DNA of 64,000 bases from Psammoneis japonica (lineage: Eukaryota): NCBI GenBank assembly GCA_008632985.1, contig QPGO01000019.1, forward strand, positions 682,001 to 746,000. The letters are read 5' to 3'. This document shows, in pieces, positions 36,397 to 47,534 of the stretch. The notes under the pieces were generated by a model that worked only from the letters and a program-made list of their open reading frames with translations, was not told where the DNA came from and made no database searches. The position numbers were made by a program, and so were the translations under genes. Positions within the stretch are counted from its first letter, which is position 1; each line of letters starts with the position of its first letter.

Positions 36397-36726
36397 ATGA
36401 TGAAGCTTGCCGTCGTTGTTGCCGCCGCCATGTTTATGGCATCCACAGCCAATGCCTTTGCACCCGCGTGTACTCGTGGAAGTAGCACGACAAGATTGTT
36501 TTCAGAACCGGAAGAAAACGAGGAAGGACTTGATTTGGATTTAGGGGGAAATGTTTGAAATGTACGTGAAACAAATGCGATTGAGTAGTCGATGGAGAGA
36601 TTTACGGTGTTGTTTGTTGCTAATCTTTTTGACCATCACTTTTTCTTTAGGTTTGACGCTGCAGAAAAGGGTGAAGATTTTGAAGAAGCTGCCAAAAAGA
36701 TCAAGGGAGGTGAAAAAGAGGACTAA
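36397..36726 (+). CDS. Small acidic plastid-targeted protein, 2 exons, with an apparent +1 G in a G-run at 36544-36548
   Basis: Signal peptide ending ANA-FAP. Removing one G and splicing 36562-36650 gives DLDLGEMFEMFDAAEKGEDFEEAAKKIKGGEKED*. Confidence 0.7.
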
Positions 36727-37227
36727 ACAAAAATTTTCTCGCGACGACTCGCTACTTATTCATGAACACACAAGGGAACGCAATTACTGTACTTGAAATC
36801 CACCCACACATTCATTTGTATCGTGAGCTAAAGATGATAGAAAAATTGATTTGAGACTTTTGTGTGCTGCGATCCTTCGAATCAATCACCTTGCCCAGTA
36901 ATGATGTTTTGCGCCCCCCTCTTTGTTGCCAAGCGTCATGGGTCTCGTCTTTCCATAAAACGTGACAAATATGCGGCCATCGACTACTACATAGTGGAAT
37001 ATTATTCATGTCATACATACTCTCTTATATGTTAGCTTTGGCAATGTACACGTCGTTACATTCGAGTCATCACGTAAAACAAGGGCCTCGCGTATAAGAA
37101 GCAAGTGTTTGAAAGTCGTCCCCATGATGTCTGTGCGTATTGTTTCCTCCATGGCTGGCTCGTTCCGACAATCTCAAACACCAACCAAAAGGAGAAAAGC
37201 CATGATGCAAAAAACATTGAAATGTGT

Positions 37228-37653
37228 TTACAAATCAACCGGAGGAAGACTGTCGAGTGGAATCAAATCTCGTGAACCCAGCATGAGTGGAACCAAAAAG
37301 AGCACGGGAATCAACGAAATGATAATGTAAATAATCACCCGCGTTTGCTTTGGATCCGACAAGTCAGGATTGAGAGACTCTTCCAAGATTTCTCCTTGAC
37401 TCAAAAAGGGAGCTGCGGCTGACGATTCTTCCTCCTTGGTTTCGACCTCGTCGTCGGCCAGCTCCACAACTCCGTCATTCTCGGTATTATCCGTCATGTA
37501 AAGGTCAAACGCTTTTCGAGAGAATTCGACTGAAGGGCTTGAGAAATAATGAGAATTGGAGCGTAATATGGGAGAAAACGCATAGGATTGCTGGCTTTGC
37601 AATAGAGAAACGATTGCGGCCATGGCCAATGTTGCAAGCAAGAGAAACGTCAT
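37228..37653 (-). CDS. Small plastid-targeted single-TM protein
   Basis: Signal peptide ending SYA-FSP, Ser-rich transit peptide, acidic region and C-terminal TM VIIYIIISLIPVLFLVPLML. Confidence 0.8.
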   Translation of the reverse strand: MTFLLLATLAMAAIVSLLQSQQSYAFSPILRSNSHYFSSPSVEFSRKAFDLYMTDNTENDGVVELADDEVETKEEESSAAAPFLSQGEILEESLNPDLSDPKQTRVIIYIIISLIPVLFLVPLMLGSRDLIPLDSLPPVDL

Positions 37654-37879
37654 GGGTTTTCAAAATTCCTTTTCAAAAATCACAAATAAATGACCCTTCT
37701 TTCTAATGCTTGCAGAGAGAAGGCGTGTTAATAAGATGGTTTGGTATCCTCAGCGGCTTGAAGAACACACCAGCAATACAAACAACATCGTGTGAAAACA
37801 AAGACACGTACTTCAAATTTCCGGGTGTCTTTGGCCCTTGTCTTTGGCGCGAAGCACACGCATTGTCAGTCTACTGCCA

Positions 37880-38030
37880 CTGCACTCTAGGGCTACTCTC
37901 TAGCTCTAGAGCAGCTAGCTAGCTACAGCAGTAGAGGGCCCTCTACTAGAGCAGAGAGTAGCTACTAGCAGGAGCAGCTAGCAGCTTAGCAGCGGCAGTG
38001 GTCAACTCTCTAGAGAGTGGCTCTAGAGCA
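37880..38030. repeat. CTAG-rich palindromic low-complexity patch at the left edge of block B
   Basis: 18-bp palindrome agtagagggccctctact (37930-37947) among many ctag/agct units. Confidence 0.8.
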
Positions 38031-38286
38031 TGCAGACAGGCACCACGAATTGTTTTCAGTGCTGAGTTCAACAGCTCAAAATCCCTTCAATTCGAAAAAG
38101 AGATGCCAAGGGCCCACATTGAAGATTTGGTTCACAATGGCCAAAGAGAGAAACACATCAACAAAAGAGATCAACCATGGGAAAAAAACCTGCTGCACAA
38201 CCAAGCCAAGGGCAAGCTGCACAAATGTTCCTGCTTGGCCGCAAGGTGGAAGCCTGGTGCACAGAAAGGCACACAGTCTTGGGACA

Positions 38287-39330
38287 CCTCTTTGCTTTCA
38301 ACAGCAGCTGCAAGAGTTTGATTCATGCTTGGAAGAGGACACATGCCAGCACTTGTTGGCTTGACATTTTGTGACCTCTTGGTGTGAGTGCAAGTCACTT
38401 TGGCTTCTCACAGCTTGTGGCGCTGCTGGTGCACAAAGCAATGCATGGCACACAAAGACATTGTGCACTTCTCTCTTGGGCCACAGCTCTGAAGATGCCA
38501 TGTGGGCTCAAGCCACACATTTTCTGGATTGCCATTCATTGAAGCACCAGCTCTTGCAATTTGTTTGCATCATCAGAGCAGGTGCAACATCATTGCCAGA
38601 CACGTCAGAAGGGCACAACAGCAGAAAAACCTTGCTGGATGGCACAAAATGGGTTTCTTGCTGCTTTTTCATTGCTGTCTCCATGGCATTGCAGAGGTTG
38701 TGTTGCTCACATGATTTTGATTCTTGCCAGATTTTGCCCTGCTCACATCCAGTTTCATTGCACAAACACCCCGAACAAGTCTCAGAAGGTGGCAGCATGC
38801 AGGACATCTTGTGCACTTGGCCCCGTGTCCTCTCTTCTCTGCAGTTTTCAACTTTTTTGTGCCACAGCAATGCTGGGAGCTTGGAAGCTCTTGGAGTCAG
38901 GCACAAAAGCTGGGCACATTGCACAAAGTGATGCAAGTGCCACAAAGAGGTGCTTCTCTGCACATGGGCCACACAGCTGCTCATGTCTCAAAGCTCCTCT
39001 GTGCAGCATGTGCAAGCTGTGCAGCTGGATGTTTTGTCGTTGGCAGTCTTGTGAAAAAAAAAATCAAAACAGATGCCCAAAGCACTTGCACTGCAATGGC
39101 ATTTCCTTGCTCTGAGCAAGCAAAAAGAAACCAATGAAAGCATTGGATGCACCTGAGAAAGAGCTTGAAAAAACTTTCCAAAAGCAGCACGCAAGCATCT
39201 CAAAAGAGCACAAGCACTGTTGCAGGGCTTCCAGCGAGCACTGTCACAAGCCCTGCTGTGATTCTGCCACCCCTTTTGTGTTGCAGTTGCTGCTGCAACA
39301 CCAAACAAGCACCACAATGACTGTGCAACA
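38287..39330 (-). pseudogene. Mutated paralog of 48890-49900: MYND-finger 3' end plus about 900 bp downstream of the ARM-MYND gene
   Basis: Colinear shared blocks ctctttgctttcaacagca, aagtctcagaaggtggc, ggaagctcttgga and aaaaaactttccaaa. MYND WYC reads WCC here. Confidence 0.8.
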
Positions 39331-39596
39331 TCCTGCAACCCCTCTCTGTGACCATTGGTGCACCTCAGGACAAAGTGCACATGGAGAGGGGGCTGTGTTG
39401 ATTGTGCATGTCTGGGCACTGCTGTGCTTTCCTGTGTGGGGTGCCAACACCAAACAAGCATTGCAATGACTGCATGTCATCCTGCAACCTCTCTCAGTGA
39501 CTGTTGCACCTGGAGACAAAGTGCCCATGGAGAGGGGCCATGTTGACCGTGCTTGTCTGAGCGCTGTTGTGCACTTTCCTGTGTGGGGTGCCAGAG
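39320..39596. repeat. Two degenerate direct copies, about 148-bp period
   Basis: catcctgcaacc...gacaaagtgc.catggagagggg...tttcctgtgtggggtgcca occurs at about 39320-39447 and about 39468-39593. Confidence 0.8.
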
Positions 39597-40082
39597 CTTC
39601 CTGACACAGCAGAGCCCCTTCCCACAGCAAGGGCTGCAGACAAATGACTGCCAACTTCCGGACTGACAAGCACTTCCACGATGGCATGCCCTGCTTTGTG
39701 CAACAAAGAAGGGTGGAAGGCTCTGCCGCAGTGCTGGCCTTGCCGGTTGTCGCCGCAAGAAGCACAAGCAGCAGAGCGCCAACAGCGTGCTGGTGGCAAA
39801 TGTGGTCTAGACTGGGAAACAAATGGTGCTGCAGTGCATGTGCCACTTTATTTCTTCATCTGTGAAAGGATGATGCAGGGCTTCAACCATGGCTTGAGCG
39901 CCTCTGGAGCTTCCTGCAGCAGCCAGCTGCGCTGACGACGCTTGCCAACTCTCTCACACAAGAGACCTGCACTCCCAATCTCATGCATTTCACATGGGTG
40001 GCTTCCATGTCCTTTGGAACTCCAAACTTGATCACAAATCACAAGATGCGGTGGATGGATGGCTTCAACAACAGTTGGGATT

Positions 40083-40316
40083 AGTCGAGATGCAGTCCTG
40101 CAGCTGAGCAGGATGGATGAGACCTCGGAGGTTGGCAGCAATGTGAACAGCGACAGAGGCAAACAGACGCTTGTTGAAAGTCGTTGTCTGGAAATTGTGA
40201 CGAATGTCGTTGCTTCTGTTTGAATCGATTTTGTGATGAGCCAATCATTTCGAAGAGAAAATCTGAGTCTGGGTTGCAGTCGTGAGATGCGACCAGAATG
40301 ACGTTGAGTCGTGACT
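40083..40316 (-). repeat. 3' LTR (234 bp), zero TpA
   Basis: Gapless match to 47091-47324 except at 12 dinucleotide sites. Confidence 0.97.
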
Positions 40317-40337
40317 CTCCCTCTCAACCGAGAGAGC

Positions 40338-43300
40338 TCACCAGCCCATAAGAGCCTTTCTAGCCGTGCGGAACGCATCGGTCCGTAGTCCCTTCGTGAA
40401 CTGATCGGCCAGTTGCTCTAGAGTGCTGACAGGTTGGACATCGATCTCCAATTGTTCGACTTCAGTCCTAAACCAGTGGTGCGGGATGCCGATGTGTTTG
40501 GTTCGCGGAGACAACTTGGGCATGCGTGCGAACTTGAGGCACGCGGAGTTATCTTCGCACACAACGGACGTAGGTGGGACATTCTGTGCTACAGGCGAGT
40601 CATCGGTGCCTTGGGTTGCGAGCTCAAAAGCCTTGGAGTGAGTCGTGACAGGGTTTTGGCGGTCAGACTTTCCGAATGCGTGGTGGTTGAGCTCCTTGAG
40701 AACTTCACGAATGGGGATGAGATCGCGCATGGCTTGAGAAAGTGCGACACATTCCGCTTCCACAGTCGACAATGCTGCAAGAGTCTGCAGCTTGGACACC
40801 CAGATGAGCGGGCAGCCGGCATGGCAGACAAGGTGTCCAGTCCTGGACTTGACAGAAACTGGGTCTTGACCATCTTCCACACCAAATAACCCCGCGAAGT
40901 CAGAATCGACGTAACAATCAACTCAATGATCTTGCGCAGGCTTGAGAATGAGACCTTCAGTGGCAGTTGCTTTGAGGCATCGGAGTGTCCGCTTCACTGC
41001 AGCAGCGTGGGACGCTCGGGGCACAAACGAGAATCGAGCTGCTTGATGTGTGGCACATGCAATGTCTGGCCGGCTGTTCGCTGCCAAGCACATCAACATT
41101 CCAACAACTGAGCGACAATCGCAGGGTTCATCAAAAGGTGGGCCGTCCGTGTCGGCACCAACAGCCGCAGGTAGAGCTGGAGTAGATGCTCCATTGCAAT
41201 CCTGCATCTGTGCGGTGCGTAGGACCTTGTCAATTAGACCGGGTTGAGTGAGTAGAAATCGACCCTCGGAGAGCTTTTCGATCTTGACACCGAGAAAGTT
41301 GCCGACTTCTCCTTCGTCTCTAAGTTCAAATGCGTGGCGATGTTCGTCGTCGGAGACTCCTAACTTGCGAATTTCGGCTTCTAGAGCTTCAGCTGAAGCT
41401 CCAGCAAAAACGGTGTCGTCGACGTGCACCACACACATCATGCCCTCTTTGAAATACAAACAGGGATCTATGGCTGAAGGCACCCATCCGCGCTCGGTTA
41501 AACCAGCTCGTAACTTCTCGTAGAAGCCCTTGGGAGACTGTTTTAGGCCGTGTGGTCCTTTCAAAAGTTTGAGAACCACATTGAGTCCCGACCTTGGCGC
41601 AAATCCCTTCGGCGGTGTTGCACAAACTTCCTCGGCGATGTCAGCTTGGCAAAAGGCTGTGGCACAGTCCACCTGTCGTGCAGTCCATCCCTCCTTTAAT
41701 GCCGCAGTGAGCATGAGTCGGGTGCTGGACCATTGCACAACCGGCGCGCAGGTTTCGAAGCAGTCGACTCCTTCTTTCTGCAAATCACCGCGGACGCAGT
41801 GTCGGGCCTTGTGCTTGAGAGGGGTTCCATCTGGGAGTCTCTTGAGCTTTGGTGCCCATGTGCCTGGAAGCACATTCATGTGCGGCTGACGCTCGACTGC
41901 TTTCCAGGCTCGACGATGCATAAGTGCGTTGACTTCAATTTTCATCGCCTTGGTCCATTCGTCGGCGTCCGGACCTTTCAGAGCATTGTGTGACGAAGGC
42001 ATGTCAGGGTCCTTGGTTTTCTTGCTAGCTGCGCAGGCTCGTGGATCGCCGATGTTGATGGCGCCACTGTCCAAATCCGTCTCGAGAGTCGCCAGATGCG
42101 CCAGTTGAGCCTCGTGTCCAATCGGCAGCGGCACTTCCTCGACGGAGCTGAAGCAGACCTCATCTACAAACTTGGCAGAGTTGAACTGTCCCTTGGTTGA
42201 CCGTGAAGACCGTCGCAGCCCTGGCACTCCCTCTGGATTCGTCACAGGAGGTGTCTCGACTGGGGGAGGAGCTGTTGGTTCCGTCGGCGCTTCGGGTGGC
42301 GGAAGTCCGTCACTGTCTTGAGGTTCAGGTGGCTGAATTGGCGTAGAGTCCGCAGAGTCTGCAGGAGTTTGAGTCGCAGGTGGGACTGGTGGCGTTGGCT
42401 GCTGAGTCGCAGGTGCGACTCGATCGGCAACGTCGTCGCGAGAAGTGGGTGAATCCGGCACAGTGATCGATGGAGCAGGCTCAAAATGCCCGTGAATGCG
42501 TGTTGCTCTGGCCAGTTCTCGTTCTTTACGTTGACGCTCTGGAGGGGTAAGCCACTCATCGTGTGAATGAACTGCCTGATCCTTCTCCAGAGGGATGCAT
42601 GTCGATTGGTTGAGGCACAAGTGTTCCCAGTGATCAGGTGGATCCGTCTCCCTCTCAATTGATGGTGCGGCAGTGAAGAGATCGTCAAAGACCACATGAC
42701 ACTGAGGTGTGACACTTCCAGTTTGAAGATTGAGGACCAAAGGAACCTCACTGGAATGGATGGTGCTGAGTCCCACGAACAAAGCGCGACGAGTGCAAGG
42801 CTCCCAATGCGGGAGCTTCTTCCCGGAAGCGAGGGTTGGGTCAAGTGCGTACGCTGGACATCCCCATGTGTGAATGTCGCGCAACCGATGTCTTGGCACT
42901 GTTGAACCGGTGAAAATGTCCGCTGGGCAATGTCCTTTGGAATTTGGGGTGACATTGTAGACACACGTGGCACAAGAAACTGCCATGGGCCACAGGGAGC
43001 TGTCAATTCCCCCCTTCCAGTGGATTGATGCATGAAGCAACATCGCTCTCGCCATGTTGGAGATGCTGCGGATGCCCCGCTCTGCGACGCCGTTCTGATG
43101 ATGGGCGTTGGTTCCACAAAAACGGAGACGTTGTTCATGTTCTCGCACATGTTGTACAAAAGCGTTGGCCTTGAAAGCGCCACTGTCGGCAAGAAATTCT
43201 TGGACGATGACCCCGTGGTCCAAAGCATGTTTCTCAAACGCTTGCTTCGCGCGCATCGTCTCAACAGCGGAGAAACCCAGTTGGTGCCCGACCTGGACAT

Positions 43301-46300
43301 GGCCAGAGGCGTGGTCGACAAAGATGCAACCGCCCTTGAATTGCTTGGACGTGGCTTTGCCATAAGAGTCGAAGGTGCGGCCTAAAAGGCGCGACTCAAA
43401 ATGATCAACGCTGACAGCCTGACCCGGTCGAAGATGGTCAGCTCGAAGGGCCCCATCGCGTTCAGGGACTGTCGACTTGTGAGTAGATCCAAGAGAGCGT
43501 CTGTGACCTTTAGCATGTTCGCATGCCTCGCATCTTGGGTGGTCACACTTCGCTGCGGACTTGAAACGGTTCGAAAGGAACGGAACTGCGCGGAGAAGTG
43601 CTTGGACGCGACCAAAGTTCAAATGGCCAAAACGGGCGTGCATTTCGAGAAGAAGCTTTTGGCCTGCCGTGAGGTTTTGATTCTCCTCGTTGAGGATCTG
43701 AAGGTTCACTTGAGGAGCGGCAGATGCGCCCTTGGTCATCGACGCAACAGGCAAGTGGCTTGATGGATGACACGGCACGACCAACTTGCCCATCCCGTCA
43801 ATGTGTGAACGGAAAGTGGTTTCATCGCCCTCATGCTTCCCACGCACCCCCTTCTCTTCGTTGAAGAGGCGTTGAGGCGACAGCAGGCGCTGACGGGCTC
43901 CAGGGACGTAGTGTGCCATGGTGTTCAGGTGGATGGCAGCCCCACTCGGCGTTGTGAACACCCACGCAACCGGACCGGTGCCCTGGATGGTGAGACCGTT
44001 GGCAATCCCATTGATCTGCAAGGGTTTCTTGGGAACAGTCACAGGCCCCGTAAAATCATCTTTGTCGGGGGCAATGGCTGACGTGGCACCAGCATCCATG
44101 ACGACCGTGAGAGCCTCGTCCGACAGACCGATGAGTGCCTGCGGATCGGATGCAAGGAGGTCGGCTTGTGATTGTCCGGTGAGCAGTTGGATGGTGGAGG
44201 CACCACAGACGACTGGTCTAACACTTGCTTCCTCCAATGGTTCCACAGGATCTTGAAAATGGGTGGTGTCCACGATGTGATGCGGCAGACAGAGCTCGTC
44301 AAACCGGAAGAAATCCGGGCTGAAGTCCTCAAGAGCGTCAAAGAAACACTTCTGGTCGTCGAGAGATTCCAGTTCCTCACAGGTGTCAAAGAAGGCTGAT
44401 TCGTCTATCGCATCAGACCATTCAGCTACTTCTGGGCTCTCCCAGCAGGCCTTGAGACGAGTGCTCAGTGCGTGTGACGGATGGCGCGCGACAAACTCGG
44501 TGAGTGCTTGCGTGCCTTTGATCCTGTGACATTCGAACAGTGACCCCGCATCTAACACTATCCGGTCATCTAGCTCTTCCACAATGTGGTAGACTTGAGA
44601 GCTGGCGGTCGAAAAACGACTTGGCACGTTCGAGAATGGACACTCGGGCTGTTGACCGGCGTAAACTGCTGACCACACCATCACTGCAACGGATGGGACC
44701 ATCCAGGAGGCTGGAAACCCGTGCAAAGTTGGGAGTTTGCGCTGGCGGCGTAGAGCTCGAGGGATGCATGGGATCGGAGCAAAGCAAAGATGCAGTGCCG
44801 TTTCCCAAAACATGGCGGCGAGCCAGAATGTGAACAGCTTGACTCAACCCAAGAGTGAGCGACGCGAAGTGGGCTCGTCTTCGACGTCCTCGTGACAATC
44901 ATCCGTGTCCAGGACCTCTGGATCGTAGAAATCGAAGCCACGACACGCAACACACGGAGGTGAGTCGCAGTGTGCGTCTTCAAAGTGTACGTCGTGTTCA
45001 AGGATGAGATCTAACTTGGTGTCGTCTGACAGCACATCCGTCAAATGTGCGGGAGCATCAAAGAACTCATCTGGATGCTTGACAGAGTACAGCTTCGAGG
45101 CCGGAAACAACTCAATAGCCGGTGGTTCGTTTTCAAAGGTAGAGAAAGCGTCGGAGTGTTCGTAGAAGTCATCGGCGTCTTCGGGAGTGACAGTCTCAAC
45201 CACGATGGGAGACACGACTGGATCCACGACTGAGGTGAGTGCAGGTGGGCTCGTTTTGATGCAAACCACCTCAGTGCTGACGACTGCATCGCTCTCCCTC
45301 TCGGCCGAAGAAGCCGGAGTAACAACAATTGCAGCAGCAACAGGGGCGGAACAGAAATCCGGGTCGGTGACGGGATCCGTAGCCGCGCACCACATTCCCG
45401 TGAAAACCAACTCGTTGGGGTCGGATTCGTCTCCCTCTGGTGCCTTGGCAGTCTGAGCGGGCGGACCCATGGGCACGCCACTGTCCGGATCAGCAACGGA
45501 AGACAAATTCCCGGCTGGGGTCTCCTTGGGAGGTTGCCTGCGGTCGTCAGCATGTTCCGCGGTAGAGTGCTTCTGGTGGATTCCAGGTTTGTCGGCACCC
45601 TTCGCCGTGCACGTGGCACACCACTTCCATTCCTTGCCATTCTTATCCTTCTTCGTTTCTCCGTCAAATTTAGCATGCCAGGCAGCGATGGGTCACCTCT
45701 TCTTCTTGGAAGGGTCGTCTGCAGGCGGCGGATTGGGAGGAGGATCGTCGCGCGGCGGTTTGGCGTTGCACTTCGGACACGTCTTCTTGGTGCACCCCTC
45801 GAGACCGCAACCACAACAGTGCTTCGTCTTCCCAGGGTCATCCGTAGTCGAAAGATTACTCTCGGGTAGCTTGGCGACTAATGCAGGCCATTCCCCGTCC
45901 TTCACGAGTTCGTTGTGTTGCTCTTGAATCCACGCAATGATGCCGACCGGTCCGAGCGTTTTGCAATCGCTGTCGGACACGATGTCAGCAGGATTCTTGA
46001 GGCGGCACTTGCGTTCCACAGCCTTGACATCGTCGAGCTTGTTGTAGACTCGGCGATTGAAGTGTTCAGAGGACGTAGAGGAGATCTTGTGGAGCAGCTT
46101 GGAGCTTGTGTTCGCCGGAAGCGCGTGGTCGGTCTGCACAATTTTCACGATGCGAAGAGCTTCGGTGGCAAAGTCCGTGCAATCCTCGCCGGGATGGTCA
46201 ACCAAACTGAGGTCTTCTAGCTGCTTCTTGGCCGTCTCAACATCCGTTAGAGCGCTGGCATTGCAAGTGTCGAGAGCCATCATGAATAGAACAGATCCAG

Positions 46301-46928
46301 GGCAGTCTTGGTAGTCCGAAAGATGGTTGAACTTGGTCTCGATTTTCTCGCGAAAGGTGTCAGTGATTCTTGAGTGAACGAGAAGTTGAGAGAGCCCGAC
46401 ATCGTCGAGCTCGATCTCGTCGTACTTGGCATCATCGGTGGCTGCTTTCCCAACCGTGTACTCGTTCACGAGATCGGTCACAGTAAACTCGTGAAGATGG
46501 TCGAAGACATGTTGAACCTTGTCGTCGCTGTCCTTGACATGGCAGAACGTCTGCTGACCGTGGGCTTCTGCTGGATCTCGAACAGTCTTGACGAAGTGGT
46601 CCTTGTCAAGCTCGTTGATGGGACTGTCCGAAATCTCAAGTCGACCGTTGAACTTGGAAGTCATTGCGGAAGCTTGTTGATCGCGGAGAGATCGTTCTGT
46701 CGAGTCGAGAGCCTTGGGATGACGGCGCTGAGAGGCGAGTCGGCAGGTTCTGTCGTTGGATTGTTCGCAGTTGTTGTTGAGTTTGGAACCACCAATGTAA
46801 ACCCCGTGGGTTGGGTGAATTCCACCACGTAACGGCTTGGTTGGAGCCGGAGGAGCGGTCGCCGCGGCGTTGGCGGCCATTGCATCGGCAAACGCCTTCG
46901 CCAGAACATCTGGATCGATGGCAGCCAT
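40338..46928 (-). pseudogene. Single-frame gag-pol (2197 codons) with three internal TGA stops and many Tyr to His/Cys changes
   Basis: ORFs 45693-46928, 44844-45506, 40923-44813 and 40338-40880 share one frame. Motifs MDAGA, HARFGH...CEAC, HHQNGVAER, KARHCVRG, PHGLKQ, HVDD, YVDSDFAG and EAECVALS. Confidence 0.93.
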
Positions 46929-47090
46929 GACAGAGAGTGCAGTGTGGGAGGTTCTTGTTAGAGTGAAGACGAGAGAAGCGAGAGAGACTCAGCTATTTCC
47001 CGGGTTTGCTTCAAAATCAAAAACCGAAAGCGTCCGTGACGATGACTCGGTCAGGAGCTCTCGTCAACGCGCAAATTGGTCTCTGCGACC

Positions 47091-47324
47091 AGTCGAGACA
47101 CAGTCCTACAGCTGAGTAGGATGGACAAGACCTCGGAGGTTGGTAGCAATGTGAATAGCGACAGAGGTAAACAGACGCTTGTTGAAAGTCGTTGTCTAGA
47201 AATTATGACGAATGTCGTTGCTTCTGTTTGAATCGATTTTGTGATGAGCTAATTATTTCGAAGAGAAAATCTGAGTCTGGGTTGTAGTCGTGAGATGCGA
47301 CCAGAATGACGTTGAGTCGTGACT
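47091..47324 (-). repeat. 5' LTR (234 bp), retains 10 TpA
   Basis: Direct repeat of 40083-40316 at offset 7008. Confidence 0.97.
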
Positions 47325-47534
47325 GGATTCACTGATCTGCAACGCCGTCGGTGCGCAGTGCGAAGGCGGAGTAGAGCTGATTCGTGCATCGACTCGAATA
47401 AGTGGCGGTTCAATGTTCAATCGTGCATCGTGCGTGGTGCGGATCATCTCGGCGACAAATCAATAAAATGCGTGTCGAACCGTCGTGACTTTTGTGAATC
47501 ACAAAAACGAGGAAACAAGCCGCACAAATCAAAA

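Larger units (their letters stand above)
38030..47090. other. TpA-depleted block B
   Basis: TA is nearly absent in 38.0-40.3k and strongly reduced through the Copia body. Confidence 0.88.
40083..47324 (-). mobile_element. Full-length Ty1/Copia LTR retrotransposon (7242 bp) with 5-bp TSD GGATT
   Basis: LTRs at 40083-40316 and 47091-47324. GGATT at 40078-40082 and 47325-47329. PBS-like TGGTCGCAGAG (1 mismatch to the tRNA-iMet complement TGGTAGCAGAG). PPT GAGAGGGAG. Domain order gag-PR-IN-RT-RH. Confidence 0.97.

Noticed and set aside
40083..40316. Plain CpG deamination as the cause of the LTR differences
   Set aside because: All 13 shared CpGs are intact and 10 of 12 sites involve TA. Only the two TG/CA sites are formally ambiguous.
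40923..45695. Three in-frame TGA codons in gag-pol as programmed readthrough or an alternative genetic code
   Set aside because: Host genes here use TGA as a normal stop (8521, 10805, 34085). Point mutation such as CGA to TGA in a dead element is simpler.
40083..47324. Fungal-type RIP (CA/TG to TA) acting on the right LTR
   Set aside because: Conserved Tyr codons have become His/Cys and the blocks are TA-poor, so the change runs away from TA.
47319..47534. N-terminal ORF extensions of the GTPase (from 47319) and of ARM-MYND copies (52988, 58678)
   Set aside because: They begin at non-ATG or unconserved positions. Paralog comparison and domain position favour starts at 47535, 52820 and 58921.
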